From the NCBI GenBank assembly GCA_963735035.1, contig CAVTJJ010000004.1, positions 608,001 to 672,000 of the forward strand: 64,000 nt of DNA. Direction: 5' to 3'. The notes under the pieces were generated by a model. It was not told the origin of the DNA, ran no database searches, and saw only the letters and a list, made by a program, of their open reading frames with translations. Made by a program: the position numbers and the translations under genes. The stretch is from an uncultured candidate division Zixibacteria bacterium. GTDB lineage: Bacteria > Zixibacteria > MSB-5A5 > GN15 > FEB-12. Shown in pieces: positions 31,190 to 41,251 of this stretch (position 1 is its first letter; the number at the start of each line of letters is the position of its first letter).

Positions 31190-32218
31190 TTGGGATTCTT
31201 CGACCTCCTCTCCAACGATATCGGAATCGACCTCGGTACCGCCAACACCCTCGTCTACGTACGTAATCAGGGGATCGTGCTCAATGAGCCGTCAGTTGTC
31301 GCCGTCGAGAAGTCTTCCGGCAAAATCCTCGCCATCGGCTCCGCCGCCAAAGAAATGACCGGCCGCACCCCCGGCGGGATCGAAGCGATCCGGCCGCTCA
31401 AGGACGGTGTCATCGCCGATTTCGAAATGTCCGAGCGGCTCATCGCCGATTTCATCCGTCGCGTGGTCAAACGCAAATACATTATGAAACCGCGCGTAGT
31501 CATCTCGGTACCGTCGGGAATCACCGAAGTCGAAAAGCGCGCCGTGCGTGATTCGGCCGAGGGAGCGGGCGCCCGCGAGGTGTATCTGATCCAGGAACCG
31601 ATGGCGGCCGCGATCGGAGTCGGCCTGGCGGTCGATCAACCGACCGGTATTATGATTATCGATATCGGAGGAGGCACGTCGGAAATCGCCGTGATTGCCC
31701 TCAATGGTATCGTCAATGATACTTCTATACGTATCGCAGGCGACGAGTTCAACGACGCCATCATCAACTATCTCAAGAAGAACTACAACCTGCTCATCGG
31801 CGAATTGACCGCCGAGGACATCAAAATCAAGATCGGTTCCGCCTACGCGCTCGATAAAGAACTCTCCATGGAAGTCAAAGGGCGCGACCTGGTCGCAGGC
31901 GTGCCGAAGAATCTGACCGTCTCGTCGGTGCAGATTCGCGAGGCCTTGTCCGAGACGCTCGACATTGTGGTCGAGGCGGTCCGGCAAGCGCTCGAGCAGA
32001 CTCCTCCCGAACTGGCCGCCGATATCCTTCAGAGAGGTATCATCCTGACAGGCGGCGGAGCGCTCCTGCGTGGGCTGGACAAACGTCTGCGGCAGGAAAC
32101 CAACCTCCCGGTGAACATTGCTGAAGACCCTCTGACCTGCGTGGTGCGCGGCACCGGCAAGGTCCTGGAGGACTTCATGAAATACACCAAGGTGCTGGAG
32201 AAGAGCCGGCGCGACTAG
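31190..32218 (+). CDS. mreB: Rod shape-determining protein MreB
   Basis: [33 protein letters not shown]. Confidence 0.96.
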   Translation: MGFFDLLSNDIGIDLGTANTLVYVRNQGIVLNEPSVVAVEKSSGKILAIGSAAKEMTGRTPGGIEAIRPLKDGVIADFEMSERLIADFIRRVVKRKYIMKPRVVISVPSGITEVEKRAVRDSAEGAGAREVYLIQEPMAAAIGVGLAVDQPTGIMIIDIGGGTSEIAVIALNGIVNDTSIRIAGDEFNDAIINYLKKNYNLLIGELTAEDIKIKIGSAYALDKELSMEVKGRDLVAGVPKNLTVSSVQIREALSETLDIVVEAVRQALEQTPPELAADILQRGIILTGGGALLRGLDKRLRQETNLPVNIAEDPLTCVVRGTGKVLEDFMKYTKVLEKSRRD

Positions 32219-32320
32219 GTTCGGCGGCGATACAATTCTGGGGGGAATCCCGCCGGGTCGGTCCGTGCCGGGGATTAATCTTTCCAAGCCATCGGTTGTC
32301 ATACTTACAGAACTGAATTT

Positions 32321-32884
32321 ATGATAGGTGTAGTCCCAGAGACGCTGGAAAGTCTGGCCGAAAAGGCCTTAGCCGGAGACCGGCAGGCGTTTTCCGCCAT
32401 CGTGAGGCAACTGATGACTCGGGTAGCAGCATTGACATATCGAATAACCGGCGACCGCGAAACGGCGTTGGACCTGGCCCAGGATACATTTGTGTCGGCC
32501 TGGGAGAATCTCCGCACCTATCGCGGGGAGTCAGGATTTGCCAACTGGGTCTTTCGGATTGCCACCAACAAGTCATTGAATCATATCAAAGCAGTCGCCC
32601 GGCGTCGGTCCGATGACAATTTCGATTTGGACGAAATAGAAGCGTCCGACCCCGGTCCGGAACGCCTGATGCACCGTCGTGAATTGGCCGAACAGGTGCG
32701 CGATTTTATGGTAACGCTCCCGCCGCAGCAACGGGCCATTTTCGAGCTCAGGTTCTACAAAGGAATGCCTTTTGAAGAGATCGCTAACGCGCTCGAACGG
32801 GCGGTCGGGACGGTCAAGACCGGATATCGCGAGGCGATCAAAAAGCTGCGTGAACATGCCGTTGAAAAAGGATGGCAAACATGA
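32321..32884 (+). CDS. ECF sigma factor
   Basis: DLAQDTF..AW, F.NWVFRIA.N, EEIA..L...VGTVK. Confidence 0.92.
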   Translation: MIGVVPETLESLAEKALAGDRQAFSAIVRQLMTRVAALTYRITGDRETALDLAQDTFVSAWENLRTYRGESGFANWVFRIATNKSLNHIKAVARRRSDDNFDLDEIEASDPGPERLMHRRELAEQVRDFMVTLPPQQRAIFELRFYKGMPFEEIANALERAVGTVKTGYREAIKKLREHAVEKGWQT

Positions 32885-33450
32885 ACTGCGAAAGAGTTCG
32901 TGAAGAGTTGGAACTCGGATTCGGTACCGGATCAATTTCCGCCGAAGCGGCTGAGCATCTGAAAGAGTGCGAGACTTGTCTTGCCTATCAGCATGAGTTG
33001 GATCAACTGGCGCCGAGTCTCGGTCACGACGAGAATTTCGCTCTGTCGAAGGCGGAGATCGAGCGGGCGGTCCGCGCTGTGGAACGTCGGATCGAGCCGG
33101 AGCGCGCCAAGAATGTAATTTCGTTCGGTTGGTTCAGCCCGGTCGTGCGCGCGGTCGCGGCGGTGCTGGTGCTGGCGTTTGCCTATGGTGCCTATGAACT
33201 AGGCCGGATGCACGGCGATACGGCCCCGGTCGAGTTCGCTCAAACGACGGTTGATACCGGCTATGGCAGTGTCGGTGCTTTTATGCAGAGCCAACTCGAC
33301 GGCGAGATGGATGACGGCATGGTGAGCGCGATCATTCGCGATTACAGTGCCAATACTAGTCTGGGAGCGAGCGATGCGCTTCTGGACGATATCAGTGTGG
33401 AAGAACTAGAATACCTCAAGAAGAATCTCGAGGTAGGAGATATGCTATGA
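32881..33450 (+). CDS. Zinc-binding (HxxxCxxC) membrane anti-sigma factor
   Basis: HLKECETC, single TM, overlaps sigma gene. Confidence 0.78.
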   Translation: MNCERVREELELGFGTGSISAEAAEHLKECETCLAYQHELDQLAPSLGHDENFALSKAEIERAVRAVERRIEPERAKNVISFGWFSPVVRAVAAVLVLAFAYGAYELGRMHGDTAPVEFAQTTVDTGYGSVGAFMQSQLDGEMDDGMVSAIIRDYSANTSLGASDALLDDISVEELEYLKKNLEVGDML

Positions 33451-34088
33451 TGAGATTCAGGAATTCCCTGATGGTCATGATCTGCCTGGCAGGAGTAATG
33501 GTTTTTGCGACGGCAGCCATGGCCGATGAGGCTCAAGCACCATCGGCGGCCGCAGGCACTATTGACGTGTCCCCGCCGGAGCTTCCTTACTTCGCGCAGG
33601 CGCCGGACGACCCTGATCATCATGACGGTGATCGGATGCACGGTCAGTTCGGAGAGCCGGGGCAGAGACGGAAGCATCTCGAAGAACTTCGCATGCTCAA
33701 GATGCTCGAGTTGCTGAACCTGACAACGGAACAGGAAATTCCGTTCCTTACCGCGTTCAATCAGTTGCGCCAGGACCAGCGAAGTATCGACCAGAAGGGT
33801 GATGTCCTGCTCGACAGCATGGCCACCGAAATGGCTCAGGCCAAGCCCTCCCAAGCGCGCCTGAAAGATTTGATCGCGCGAACCAAGGTGCTCGAGAAGA
33901 AGCGAATCGAGAGGATGAACAGTTTCATTGACCAGATGGATACGCTGCTTACCACCGAGCAGATCGCCAAGTTGATGATCTTTCAAAAACGATTTGAAAT
34001 GGAGCTGTTGGAACAGATTGGTCGGTTTCGTCGCGGCGGTATGCAGGGCGAACCGTCCGAAGGGCCGCACGACAGCGGCGGCTTCTGA
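33447..34088 (+). CDS. Spy/CpxP-like periplasmic protein
   Basis: Signal peptide; LNLTTEQ and LLTTEQ LTXXQ motifs. Confidence 0.75.
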   Translation: MMRFRNSLMVMICLAGVMVFATAAMADEAQAPSAAAGTIDVSPPELPYFAQAPDDPDHHDGDRMHGQFGEPGQRRKHLEELRMLKMLELLNLTTEQEIPFLTAFNQLRQDQRSIDQKGDVLLDSMATEMAQAKPSQARLKDLIARTKVLEKKRIERMNSFIDQMDTLLTTEQIAKLMIFQKRFEMELLEQIGRFRRGGMQGEPSEGPHDSGGF

Positions 34089-34204
34089 CATTGACCACGC
34101 TCGATATAAGCGTAGGGCAGAACCCCCCTGGTGGTTCTGCCAATGAGACAAAGCCACCAAGCAAAAGACATGTAAGAATCAGTTAATAGAAAGGAAAGAA
34201 TAAC

Positions 34205-34831
34205 ATGAGAAGAAGTATCATCACTCTGATCGCGGTCGCGTTCCTGCTGCCGCTGACTCTCTCGGCTCAGCCGGGACCGGGGCCCGAACCGGGTCGCCCG
34301 ATGGGACACGGCATGATGCTGGGCGAAGGGGCCCCGATGCCGGATCGCCATAATCATATGGAGCGGGGCATGGGCGGCGGTTGCGAAGGTGAAGGCGGCC
34401 CCGGGATCGCTCAAATGATGAAGATGGCTGACGAACTCGGGCTTACCGATCAGCAGCGCGAACAACTCAAGAAGATGCAGACCGAATTCAAACTGCAGAT
34501 GATCGATCGCCGGGCCGCGGTGGAAAAAGCAGAAGTAATGCTTCGCTCAACCATGATGGATGACAAGTCAACCGAAGCCGAAGTCGGTCGGTTGATCGAC
34601 CAGGTGGCGGGGATGCGGGCTGATGTGCAGAAACTTCGCTACTCGCACCACAAACAGATGAAAGGTGTGTTGACCGCCGAGCAGGTCAAGAAGTTCGGCG
34701 AATTGCGCAAGGATTGCATGGGCAAAGGCGGCGCCGGATGCATGGGCATGGGTATGGGCATGGGCCACGCCGGCTGTATGGGTAAAGGCGCCGGTGGCGA
34801 CGACAAGGGAGAAAAAGAAGACAAGGACTAG
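34205..34831 (+). CDS. Spy/CpxP/ZraP-like periplasmic protein, Met/Gly/Cys-rich ends
   Basis: Signal peptide; LGLTDQQ and LTAEQ motifs. Confidence 0.85.
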   Translation: MRRSIITLIAVAFLLPLTLSAQPGPGPEPGRPMGHGMMLGEGAPMPDRHNHMERGMGGGCEGEGGPGIAQMMKMADELGLTDQQREQLKKMQTEFKLQMIDRRAAVEKAEVMLRSTMMDDKSTEAEVGRLIDQVAGMRADVQKLRYSHHKQMKGVLTAEQVKKFGELRKDCMGKGGAGCMGMGMGMGHAGCMGKGAGGDDKGEKEDKD

Positions 34832-34931
34832 ATGTCTTGCCCTAAGTTCGTCGACGGTGACGCACACGAGATGCGCGGAAGCCAGTAGTTTCGAAAATTC
34901 TTCTTCCTTCATCATTGTGTTACACCCTGAG

Positions 34932-34960
34932 AGGCCCGCTTACCCGCGGGCCTTTCGTGT
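34932..34960 (+). terminator. Intrinsic terminator
   Basis: aggcccgc-ttaccc-gcgggcct followed by ttcgtgtt. Confidence 0.6.
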
Positions 34961-34977
34961 TGTGGGGGCGTACCCCA

Positions 34978-35797
34978 CCCATCGGGTGGGATTTGGAACG
35001 GGGCACCTAGCCCCGTCATGCCCGACTTGGTCGGGCACCCATGACCACTCGCGTCTGCAAAAATTGAACGGCTCACTGTAAGGCGGACGTGGGATTGAAA
35101 ACCCAGGAATGGCGGGTTCGAAGACGGACCCGCCCTACAAGAGTTGGCGGTCATTATCTCTCTTGGCAGCGTCGTTTCCCATTCCATCGCGACAACCAAT
35201 AGGCCCCCGACGCCTCGGGGGTGACGGCCTACCGGCCGTCTGTTTTTTTGCTGAGGCCCCCCCATCGTGTGGGATTTGAAACGGGGCGTCTAGCTCCGTC
35301 ATGCCCGACTTGATCGGGCACCCATGACCACTCGCGTCTGCAGAAGGTAAAGGATTCACTTGAGGTCAGACGCCGGATGGGAACGTCTTCTGCGCACGTA
35401 ACGGTCGATGCAAGAGAAGAATTTCTACGATCGTCAGTTCTCTCGATTGCGTTGCTTCTCACCCAATCGCGGCAGCCCATAGACCCCCGACGCCTCGGGG
35501 GTGACGGCCTCTCGGCCGTCTGTTTTTGCTGCGGCCCCCCATCGTGTGGGATTTGGAACGGGGCACCTAGCCCCGTCATGCCCGACTTGGTCGGGCACCC
35601 ATGACCACTCGCGTCTGCAAAAATTGAACGGCTCACTGTAAGGCGGACGTGGGATTGAAAACCCAGGAATGGCAGGTTCGAAGACGGACCTGCCCTACAT
35701 GAACTGGCAGTCATATGTCCCCTCGATTGCGTCGTTTCACTTTCTACCGCCGCTGCCCATGGGCCCCCGACGCCTCGGGGGTGACGGACTGTCGGCC
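34978..35797. repeat. Three tandem ~280-bp composite units of palindromic modules
   Basis: Units start at 34978, 35261 and 35538; 34978-35139 is near-identical to 35538-35699. Confidence 0.9.
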
Positions 35798-35857
35798 ATC
35801 TTTATCAGCGCCCCCTTGTGTCAATTCCTGTCAGCATGTCAATATGGCAGTTTGGAC

Positions 35858-35886
35858 TTGACACGCCAATACCGCCCGCATAGCTT
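35858..35886 (+). promoter_or_regulatory. Sigma70 promoter giving a leaderless rnr mRNA
   Basis: TTGACA-17-TAGCTT, 6 nt before ATG 35893, no SD. Confidence 0.65.
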
Positions 35887-35892
35887 AAGCCC

Positions 35893-38148
35893 ATGCCTCT
35901 GAATAAGAAAGCGGTCCTGGAGTTCGTTCGAGCTCAGGCGGATCGTCCTCTCAAAGTTAAAGAGCTCGCGGCCGCGATGGAAGTCTCGCCGAAAGACTAT
36001 CCATCCTTCCGGAATGCGCTCAAGCTGCTCATGCAGACCGGGGAGATCGTCAGGCTCAAACGGGGGAGGCTCGGTATCCCCGATCAACTCGGCGTGGTCA
36101 TCGGCACGATTTCCATGACCCGCAAGGGGACCGGCTTTCTGATCCGCGAAGGCGAAGAGGTCGACCTGCTCATCCCGTCGTGGGACGCCCACACCGCGCT
36201 CGACGGCGATCAGGTGATGGCGCGGCTCAAGGGGAAAGTCGAAGGGCGCGAGGCGGCGTCAGTCATCAAAATTCTGAAACGGGCCGACCGCAACATAGTC
36301 GGCATCTTCACAACCGAGCGGCAATTCGCCTGGGTGAAACCGGACAATCCGAAAATCCATCGCGATATCTACATCCCGCTCGACCAAACCGAGGGGGCGC
36401 AGAACGGCGAGAAAGTTGTCGCCAAGCTGATGCTGTGGGATGACCCGCATCTGAACCCCGAAGGACGCATTCTCGAGAGGATCGGTTTCCCGAACGATCC
36501 CGGCGTCGACATGCTCACGATTATCAAGAGCTACGGTTTTCCGGAGTCTTTCCCCGCGGAAGTCATGGACCAAGCAGAGCGGGCGGCTACGAAACTCGAA
36601 GAGGACCCCCAGGCACATCGGCTCGATCTCAGTAATGAGTGCATATACACGATTGATCCGTTCGACGCCAAAGACCACGACGATGCGGTCGGTGTGACCG
36701 AGACCGCCACTGGGTATCGGCTCGGCGTGCACATCGCCGACGTGTCGTATTATGTCGAGGCCGGTTCGGCGCTCGATGTCGAGGCGTTCAACCGGGGCAA
36801 CTCGGTTTATCTCCCCGGTATGGTCGTCCCGATGCTGCCCGAAGTCCTCTCGAATGATATCTGTTCACTCAGGCCAGACAGAAAACGGCTGGCACATTCG
36901 GTGTTCATTGATTTTGATCGTCACGGCAAGATGTTGAAATGGGAGTTGGCCGACACGGTCATCAATTCCAAGGCGAAACTCTCCTACGAAGAAGTCCAGG
37001 ACCTGTTCGACGGCAAGCCGCCGAGCGAGCAGGCGAGCAAAGTGGCCGACAATCTTCGTTTGGCACGACGGCTGGCTAATCTTCTAACCGCCCAGCGCAC
37101 GGCGGGTGGGTCGCTCGATTTCGATCTCCCCGAAGCGAAGATTACTCTGGGCAAGGATGGCGAAGTGTTGGAACTGGGGAGCCGGGTGCGGCTGGAGTCG
37201 CACCGATTGGTCGAGGAATTCATGCTGGCGGCCAATCAGGCGGTAGCGCTCGAAGTCTTCCGCAAGGCCCAGCCGTTCCTCTATCGTGTGCATGACAAAC
37301 CGAATCTGGAGAAGCTCGAAGCCTTCTCCTACATGATGGAAAAGCTGGGGCACAAATTCCCGGTGTCGAAAACAATGCGACCGATCCAGTTCGCCCGCTT
37401 TCTCGAAAGTGTCAAAGCGACCCCCGAAGCGGATTTTATCAACGAACTGCTGTTACGCTCCATGGCCAAGGCGGTCTACCAGCGCGAGAACATTGGCCAC
37501 TTCGGCCTGGCCTTCGCACATTACACGCATTTTACGTCGCCGATTCGCCGCTACCCCGACCTGCTGGTGCATCGACTTCTGCGAAAGCTCAGAGGCGGAC
37601 ATTATCCCGTGGCGTTTGCTAAGCGAGTCGAGAGTGTGATCGACAATGTCAGCAAGCACTGTTCGGCAACGGAACGTACGGCTGAACAGGCCGAGCGTGA
37701 GGCCGTTCGAGCAAAACAGGTATCCTACATGTCCGAGCACCTCGGTGACGAGCATGATGGGGTCATCAGTGGCGTGATGCCGTTCGGATTCTTCGTCCGG
37801 CTTCACCGACTCGGGGTCGAGGGTTTGGTGCGCGTGTCAACTATCGATGATGATTTCTATCGCTACGACGAAGCCAACTACCGCCTGATCGGCAGCCGTA
37901 CCAGGAAAGCCTACCGCCTGGGCGACGCGGTTCGAGTCGGTGTCATGAAAGTCGACAAGCTTCGCAACGAGATCGATCTGTTTGTATCGCCGGTTGAGGG
38001 AGCGACCGAAAAGAAACCGACCAGGCCGAGACCGGGGATCAAAGAGCTGAAGCCGCGAGTAGCGAAGAAGGCGAAAAAGGGGAGAAAGGAAAGAAAGACA
38101 AAGAAGACGAAAGACAAAGGCAAACGTCTGGGGAAGCGTCGCGAATAG
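35893..38148 (+). CDS. rnr: Ribonuclease R
   Basis: TIDPFDAKDHDDA, HFTSPIRRYPDL, S1 domain, basic tail. Confidence 0.97.
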   Translation: MPLNKKAVLEFVRAQADRPLKVKELAAAMEVSPKDYPSFRNALKLLMQTGEIVRLKRGRLGIPDQLGVVIGTISMTRKGTGFLIREGEEVDLLIPSWDAHTALDGDQVMARLKGKVEGREAASVIKILKRADRNIVGIFTTERQFAWVKPDNPKIHRDIYIPLDQTEGAQNGEKVVAKLMLWDDPHLNPEGRILERIGFPNDPGVDMLTIIKSYGFPESFPAEVMDQAERAATKLEEDPQAHRLDLSNECIYTIDPFDAKDHDDAVGVTETATGYRLGVHIADVSYYVEAGSALDVEAFNRGNSVYLPGMVVPMLPEVLSNDICSLRPDRKRLAHSVFIDFDRHGKMLKWELADTVINSKAKLSYEEVQDLFDGKPPSEQASKVADNLRLARRLANLLTAQRTAGGSLDFDLPEAKITLGKDGEVLELGSRVRLESHRLVEEFMLAANQAVALEVFRKAQPFLYRVHDKPNLEKLEAFSYMMEKLGHKFPVSKTMRPIQFARFLESVKATPEADFINELLLRSMAKAVYQRENIGHFGLAFAHYTHFTSPIRRYPDLLVHRLLRKLRGGHYPVAFAKRVESVIDNVSKHCSATERTAEQAEREAVRAKQVSYMSEHLGDEHDGVISGVMPFGFFVRLHRLGVEGLVRVSTIDDDFYRYDEANYRLIGSRTRKAYRLGDAVRVGVMKVDKLRNEIDLFVSPVEGATEKKPTRPRPGIKELKPRVAKKAKKGRKERKTKKTKDKGKRLGKRRE

Positions 38149-38157
38149 AAAATCATT

Positions 38158-39603
38158 ATGGCCAAAGAACAGATCAATACAGTCATCCCCGGCGTCATCA
38201 TTCTGACCGACGAAAAGACACGTGGAGCTTCTGAGATAGACTGGTCACGTATCGGACTCGTTGTCGACAGTATCTCCCTGCTCTATCAGACCGTCCGTGA
38301 GCAGTCAGTCAGTCTGGTGCTGGTGGACGCGAATCGGCACGATGTAAATCAAGCGGTGGCGATCAAGATTCGGCGCCCCAACGGTCTGACCGACATCTGG
38401 CGATTGGTTGCAACTGAGGCAGCACCCCAAAATCCCGAGCCATTTTTCGACGGGGTCATGCCGCTTGATCTCGGAACCGATGGTATCGCCAAGCGAATCA
38501 CACAGGTAATCGCCGACAAACACCTGCTCGAAAGCTACGGGATGATTGCCCGCTCGGGTAACATGCGGGCGTTGGTGCGGACGATCAACCGGATCGCTCC
38601 GACCGATGTCTCGGTGTTGATCGTAGGGCCATCGGGATCCGGCAAGGAGCTTGTTGCCCATGCTCTTCACAAAGCCTCGCTGCGCGCCAAAGGGCCGTTT
38701 GTCGCGATCAACTGCGGAGCGATCTCCGAGGGTTTGCTGGAATCGGAATTGTTTGGCCATGAGAAAGGGGCCTTCACCGGCTCGGTGGGCAAACGTGAGG
38801 GGTTGTTCCGCAAAGCGGAAGGCGGGACGATCTTCCTCGATGAAATCGGCGAGACCAAACCGGACATGCAGGTAAAACTACTCCGCGTGCTCGAAGATGG
38901 GACGTTTTATCCGGTTGGTTCGTCGGTGCCTGAACGGGCCAATGCCCGCGTGGTCGCGGCAACCAATCGCGATCTGACCGAGTCTATTGCCGATCGAAAT
39001 TTCAGAGACGACTTGTATTTCAGAATTTCCGCCGTCAAACTCGTGGTGCCGTCATTGATTGAGCGTCGGGGCGACATCCAGCCGCTTCTGCAACACTTCT
39101 GGCGCGAACACAAGGGGCTGGATTATTCCGGAAGCGCCCTGGAACGGCTCATGCGGTATGATTGGCCGGGAAATGTTCGCCAGTTGCGCAATTTTGCGTC
39201 GCGCATGGCCGCCCTCAAGCCTGCCGGATTGATTGAAACCGACGACGTTGATACCTTTCTTGCCGAGCAGCATTCTTCCGCCAAGCATCTGCCGGTTTCG
39301 ACCGGCCGCACAGTTGACGAAGCCGGGCAGGAGTTGATCTACCGCGCTATCCTCTCATTGGGGAACGAGGTCCGCCTGCTGCGTAATCTAATTACTTCGA
39401 ATCTCCCCGGAGAGTCGACAGCCTCCGCCGAACCGGTTGAATCTCAATCGTTCGATTCCGGCTCAACTATGGAAGAGATGGAAGAGGCGCTTATCAAGAA
39501 GGTCCTGCGCGATACATCGGGAAATAGGAAAGAAACGGCGCGCCGGCTCGGTATCGGCGAACGAACTCTGTATCGAAAGCTTGCTAAGTTCAACCTGAGG
39601 TAA
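38158..39603 (+). CDS. Sigma54-dependent Fis-family activator with atypical N-terminal domain
   Basis: GPSGSGKE, ELFGHEKGAFTG, FLDEIGE, WPGNVRQL, C-terminal HTH. Confidence 0.93.
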   Translation: MAKEQINTVIPGVIILTDEKTRGASEIDWSRIGLVVDSISLLYQTVREQSVSLVLVDANRHDVNQAVAIKIRRPNGLTDIWRLVATEAAPQNPEPFFDGVMPLDLGTDGIAKRITQVIADKHLLESYGMIARSGNMRALVRTINRIAPTDVSVLIVGPSGSGKELVAHALHKASLRAKGPFVAINCGAISEGLLESELFGHEKGAFTGSVGKREGLFRKAEGGTIFLDEIGETKPDMQVKLLRVLEDGTFYPVGSSVPERANARVVAATNRDLTESIADRNFRDDLYFRISAVKLVVPSLIERRGDIQPLLQHFWREHKGLDYSGSALERLMRYDWPGNVRQLRNFASRMAALKPAGLIETDDVDTFLAEQHSSAKHLPVSTGRTVDEAGQELIYRAILSLGNEVRLLRNLITSNLPGESTASAEPVESQSFDSGSTMEEMEEALIKKVLRDTSGNRKETARRLGIGERTLYRKLAKFNLR

Positions 39604-39604
39604 G

Positions 39605-41251
39605 ATGGTGCGGACGGGGTGGAGGATATTCGGGTTGCTGCTGATTCTTGCGGGTGCGACCGTTTTCGGGCAGGAGTTCTCGCAGGAAGTCTATCCATCC
39701 GAGGACGAACTGTGGGAGGCGTTGCGCGAAGGTATCATCACGTATGAACAATACGAGGTGCTTCGTGACATAATCGAGCAGGGAGTGGATTCGACGAACC
39801 GGCATCTCTTGGACCAGATTCCGAATCTAATCTACCTGATGGAATCCGACACGGCCCTGGGCAATTCCCTGGAGTCGGAACAGTCGTCCGGATTTCGCAA
39901 CGTCGCACATGACCGGAGCAAGCCTGAACTAATCAGCGGAAGGATAGCATATCGATACTCGATGCTCATGGATGAAGACCATAAGTCATGGTATCAGGGT
40001 CGGGCGAACCTGTCGGCGCTGGATAACTGGCGAGCGTCCTGTCGAATCAGTCGTGAGCGAAGCGGTAAGGAGCGGTTGACCGCACGTAGTCTGGGATACA
40101 GCGATCGATCAGGTCCGGTGCGGCGAGTCGAGATTGGGACATTCACAACGAGGTTGGGGCTGGGATTACTCTTCGGACATCGGGGGCGTGTTCTCGAAGC
40201 ATCGTCTGGTTTGGGCGGCGAATCCTGGCTCTATCCCAATTACGGCGGATATAACGGTGTGACGGCTGAGCTGCGGACAGGGAATCTATCGATTCGACCA
40301 TTGGTGTCCTCGGTCCGTGATTCGACCCATCGTCTTACCGCAGGGGGTGTCGAGGTTCGGTCAATCGTAGGAAACTTCAGGCCGGGCTTGATCCTGGGAG
40401 GTGTCACACTGAAGAATCGTCGTAGCGGCAACAGAATTGATCTTCCGGCGGCGTCAATCGTGCTCGAAGATAGCTACTCATCAGGAAGCATTGTCACGGA
40501 AATTGGCCGCCAGTGGAGTACCGGGACAAGCGTAGGCAGCATGATCGCCGAAGGGAAGCACCGGTTCGAATCGGCAGAATTGCGGTATGCCGTCTGGCAC
40601 TATGGTGACGAATTCGCGGATCTCACCTCCGGGAGCAAGTCGGGCGCACTCTATCAGGCTGACACCCTCGAATCGGTCGACTTCGAATATCGGAGTCGCC
40701 GGTCTGGTCAGGCGGGAGCGGTGCTTCGGACGGCCATACCACTCAGCAAAAGCATGACCTTTTCGAACGCGCTTCTACACGCCTCAACCTCCCGTGCTGA
40801 CACCCGCCGCGAATTCTCTTCCGATCTGGCCTACAAAGTAAGCTCCGACTACACGTTGAAATTGTCATATCTTGGCAACTGGTGTCATCAGGCGCTAAGC
40901 GATCCGGCGGACTGGTCCAATCATCAATTTCGAATGGAAGGCCTTTATGATTGTGACCGGATCAGGGCGAGATGTTATATTGGCTATCGGGTCGACAGCC
41001 GATCCGATGATGGTGCGGCGTTGTTTCTGTCCGCGAGGTATCGCAGCCCCGACGGGACCGCGTACGAGGTCTGGTCCAATTTCTCGAAAATTGACCTCGA
41101 CGCGCTGGACGCCTGGTATGTGTACGGGCGCGGATCGTGGCGGCTGTCCGAGGAACTGAGTTGTGGAGTCAAGATGAGTCACTCTTACAGTCGCGTGTCG
41201 GCGATACGCCACTCGACCCAAGTTTCACTGGAGTTGACGGCCGATCTATGA
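39605..41251 (+). CDS. Exported, probable outer-membrane beta-barrel protein with helical (HhH-like) N-terminus
   Basis: Signal peptide; LLDQIPNL segment; GTF...LGLGLL; amphipathic strands to the C-terminus. Confidence 0.6.
   Translation: MVRTGWRIFGLLLILAGATVFGQEFSQEVYPSEDELWEALREGIITYEQYEVLRDIIEQGVDSTNRHLLDQIPNLIYLMESDTALGNSLESEQSSGFRNVAHDRSKPELISGRIAYRYSMLMDEDHKSWYQGRANLSALDNWRASCRISRERSGKERLTARSLGYSDRSGPVRRVEIGTFTTRLGLGLLFGHRGRVLEASSGLGGESWLYPNYGGYNGVTAELRTGNLSIRPLVSSVRDSTHRLTAGGVEVRSIVGNFRPGLILGGVTLKNRRSGNRIDLPAASIVLEDSYSSGSIVTEIGRQWSTGTSVGSMIAEGKHRFESAELRYAVWHYGDEFADLTSGSKSGALYQADTLESVDFEYRSRRSGQAGAVLRTAIPLSKSMTFSNALLHASTSRADTRREFSSDLAYKVSSDYTLKLSYLGNWCHQALSDPADWSNHQFRMEGLYDCDRIRARCYIGYRVDSRSDDGAALFLSARYRSPDGTAYEVWSNFSKIDLDALDAWYVYGRGSWRLSEELSCGVKMSHSYSRVSAIRHSTQVSLELTADL

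Noticed and set aside
31190..32218. mreB without mreCD as a special system
   Set aside because: Unlinked or duplicated mreB genes are common and nothing else is unusual
34978..35797. CRISPR array
   Set aside because: Units are about 280 bp, the 'spacers' are largely repeated, and no cas genes are present
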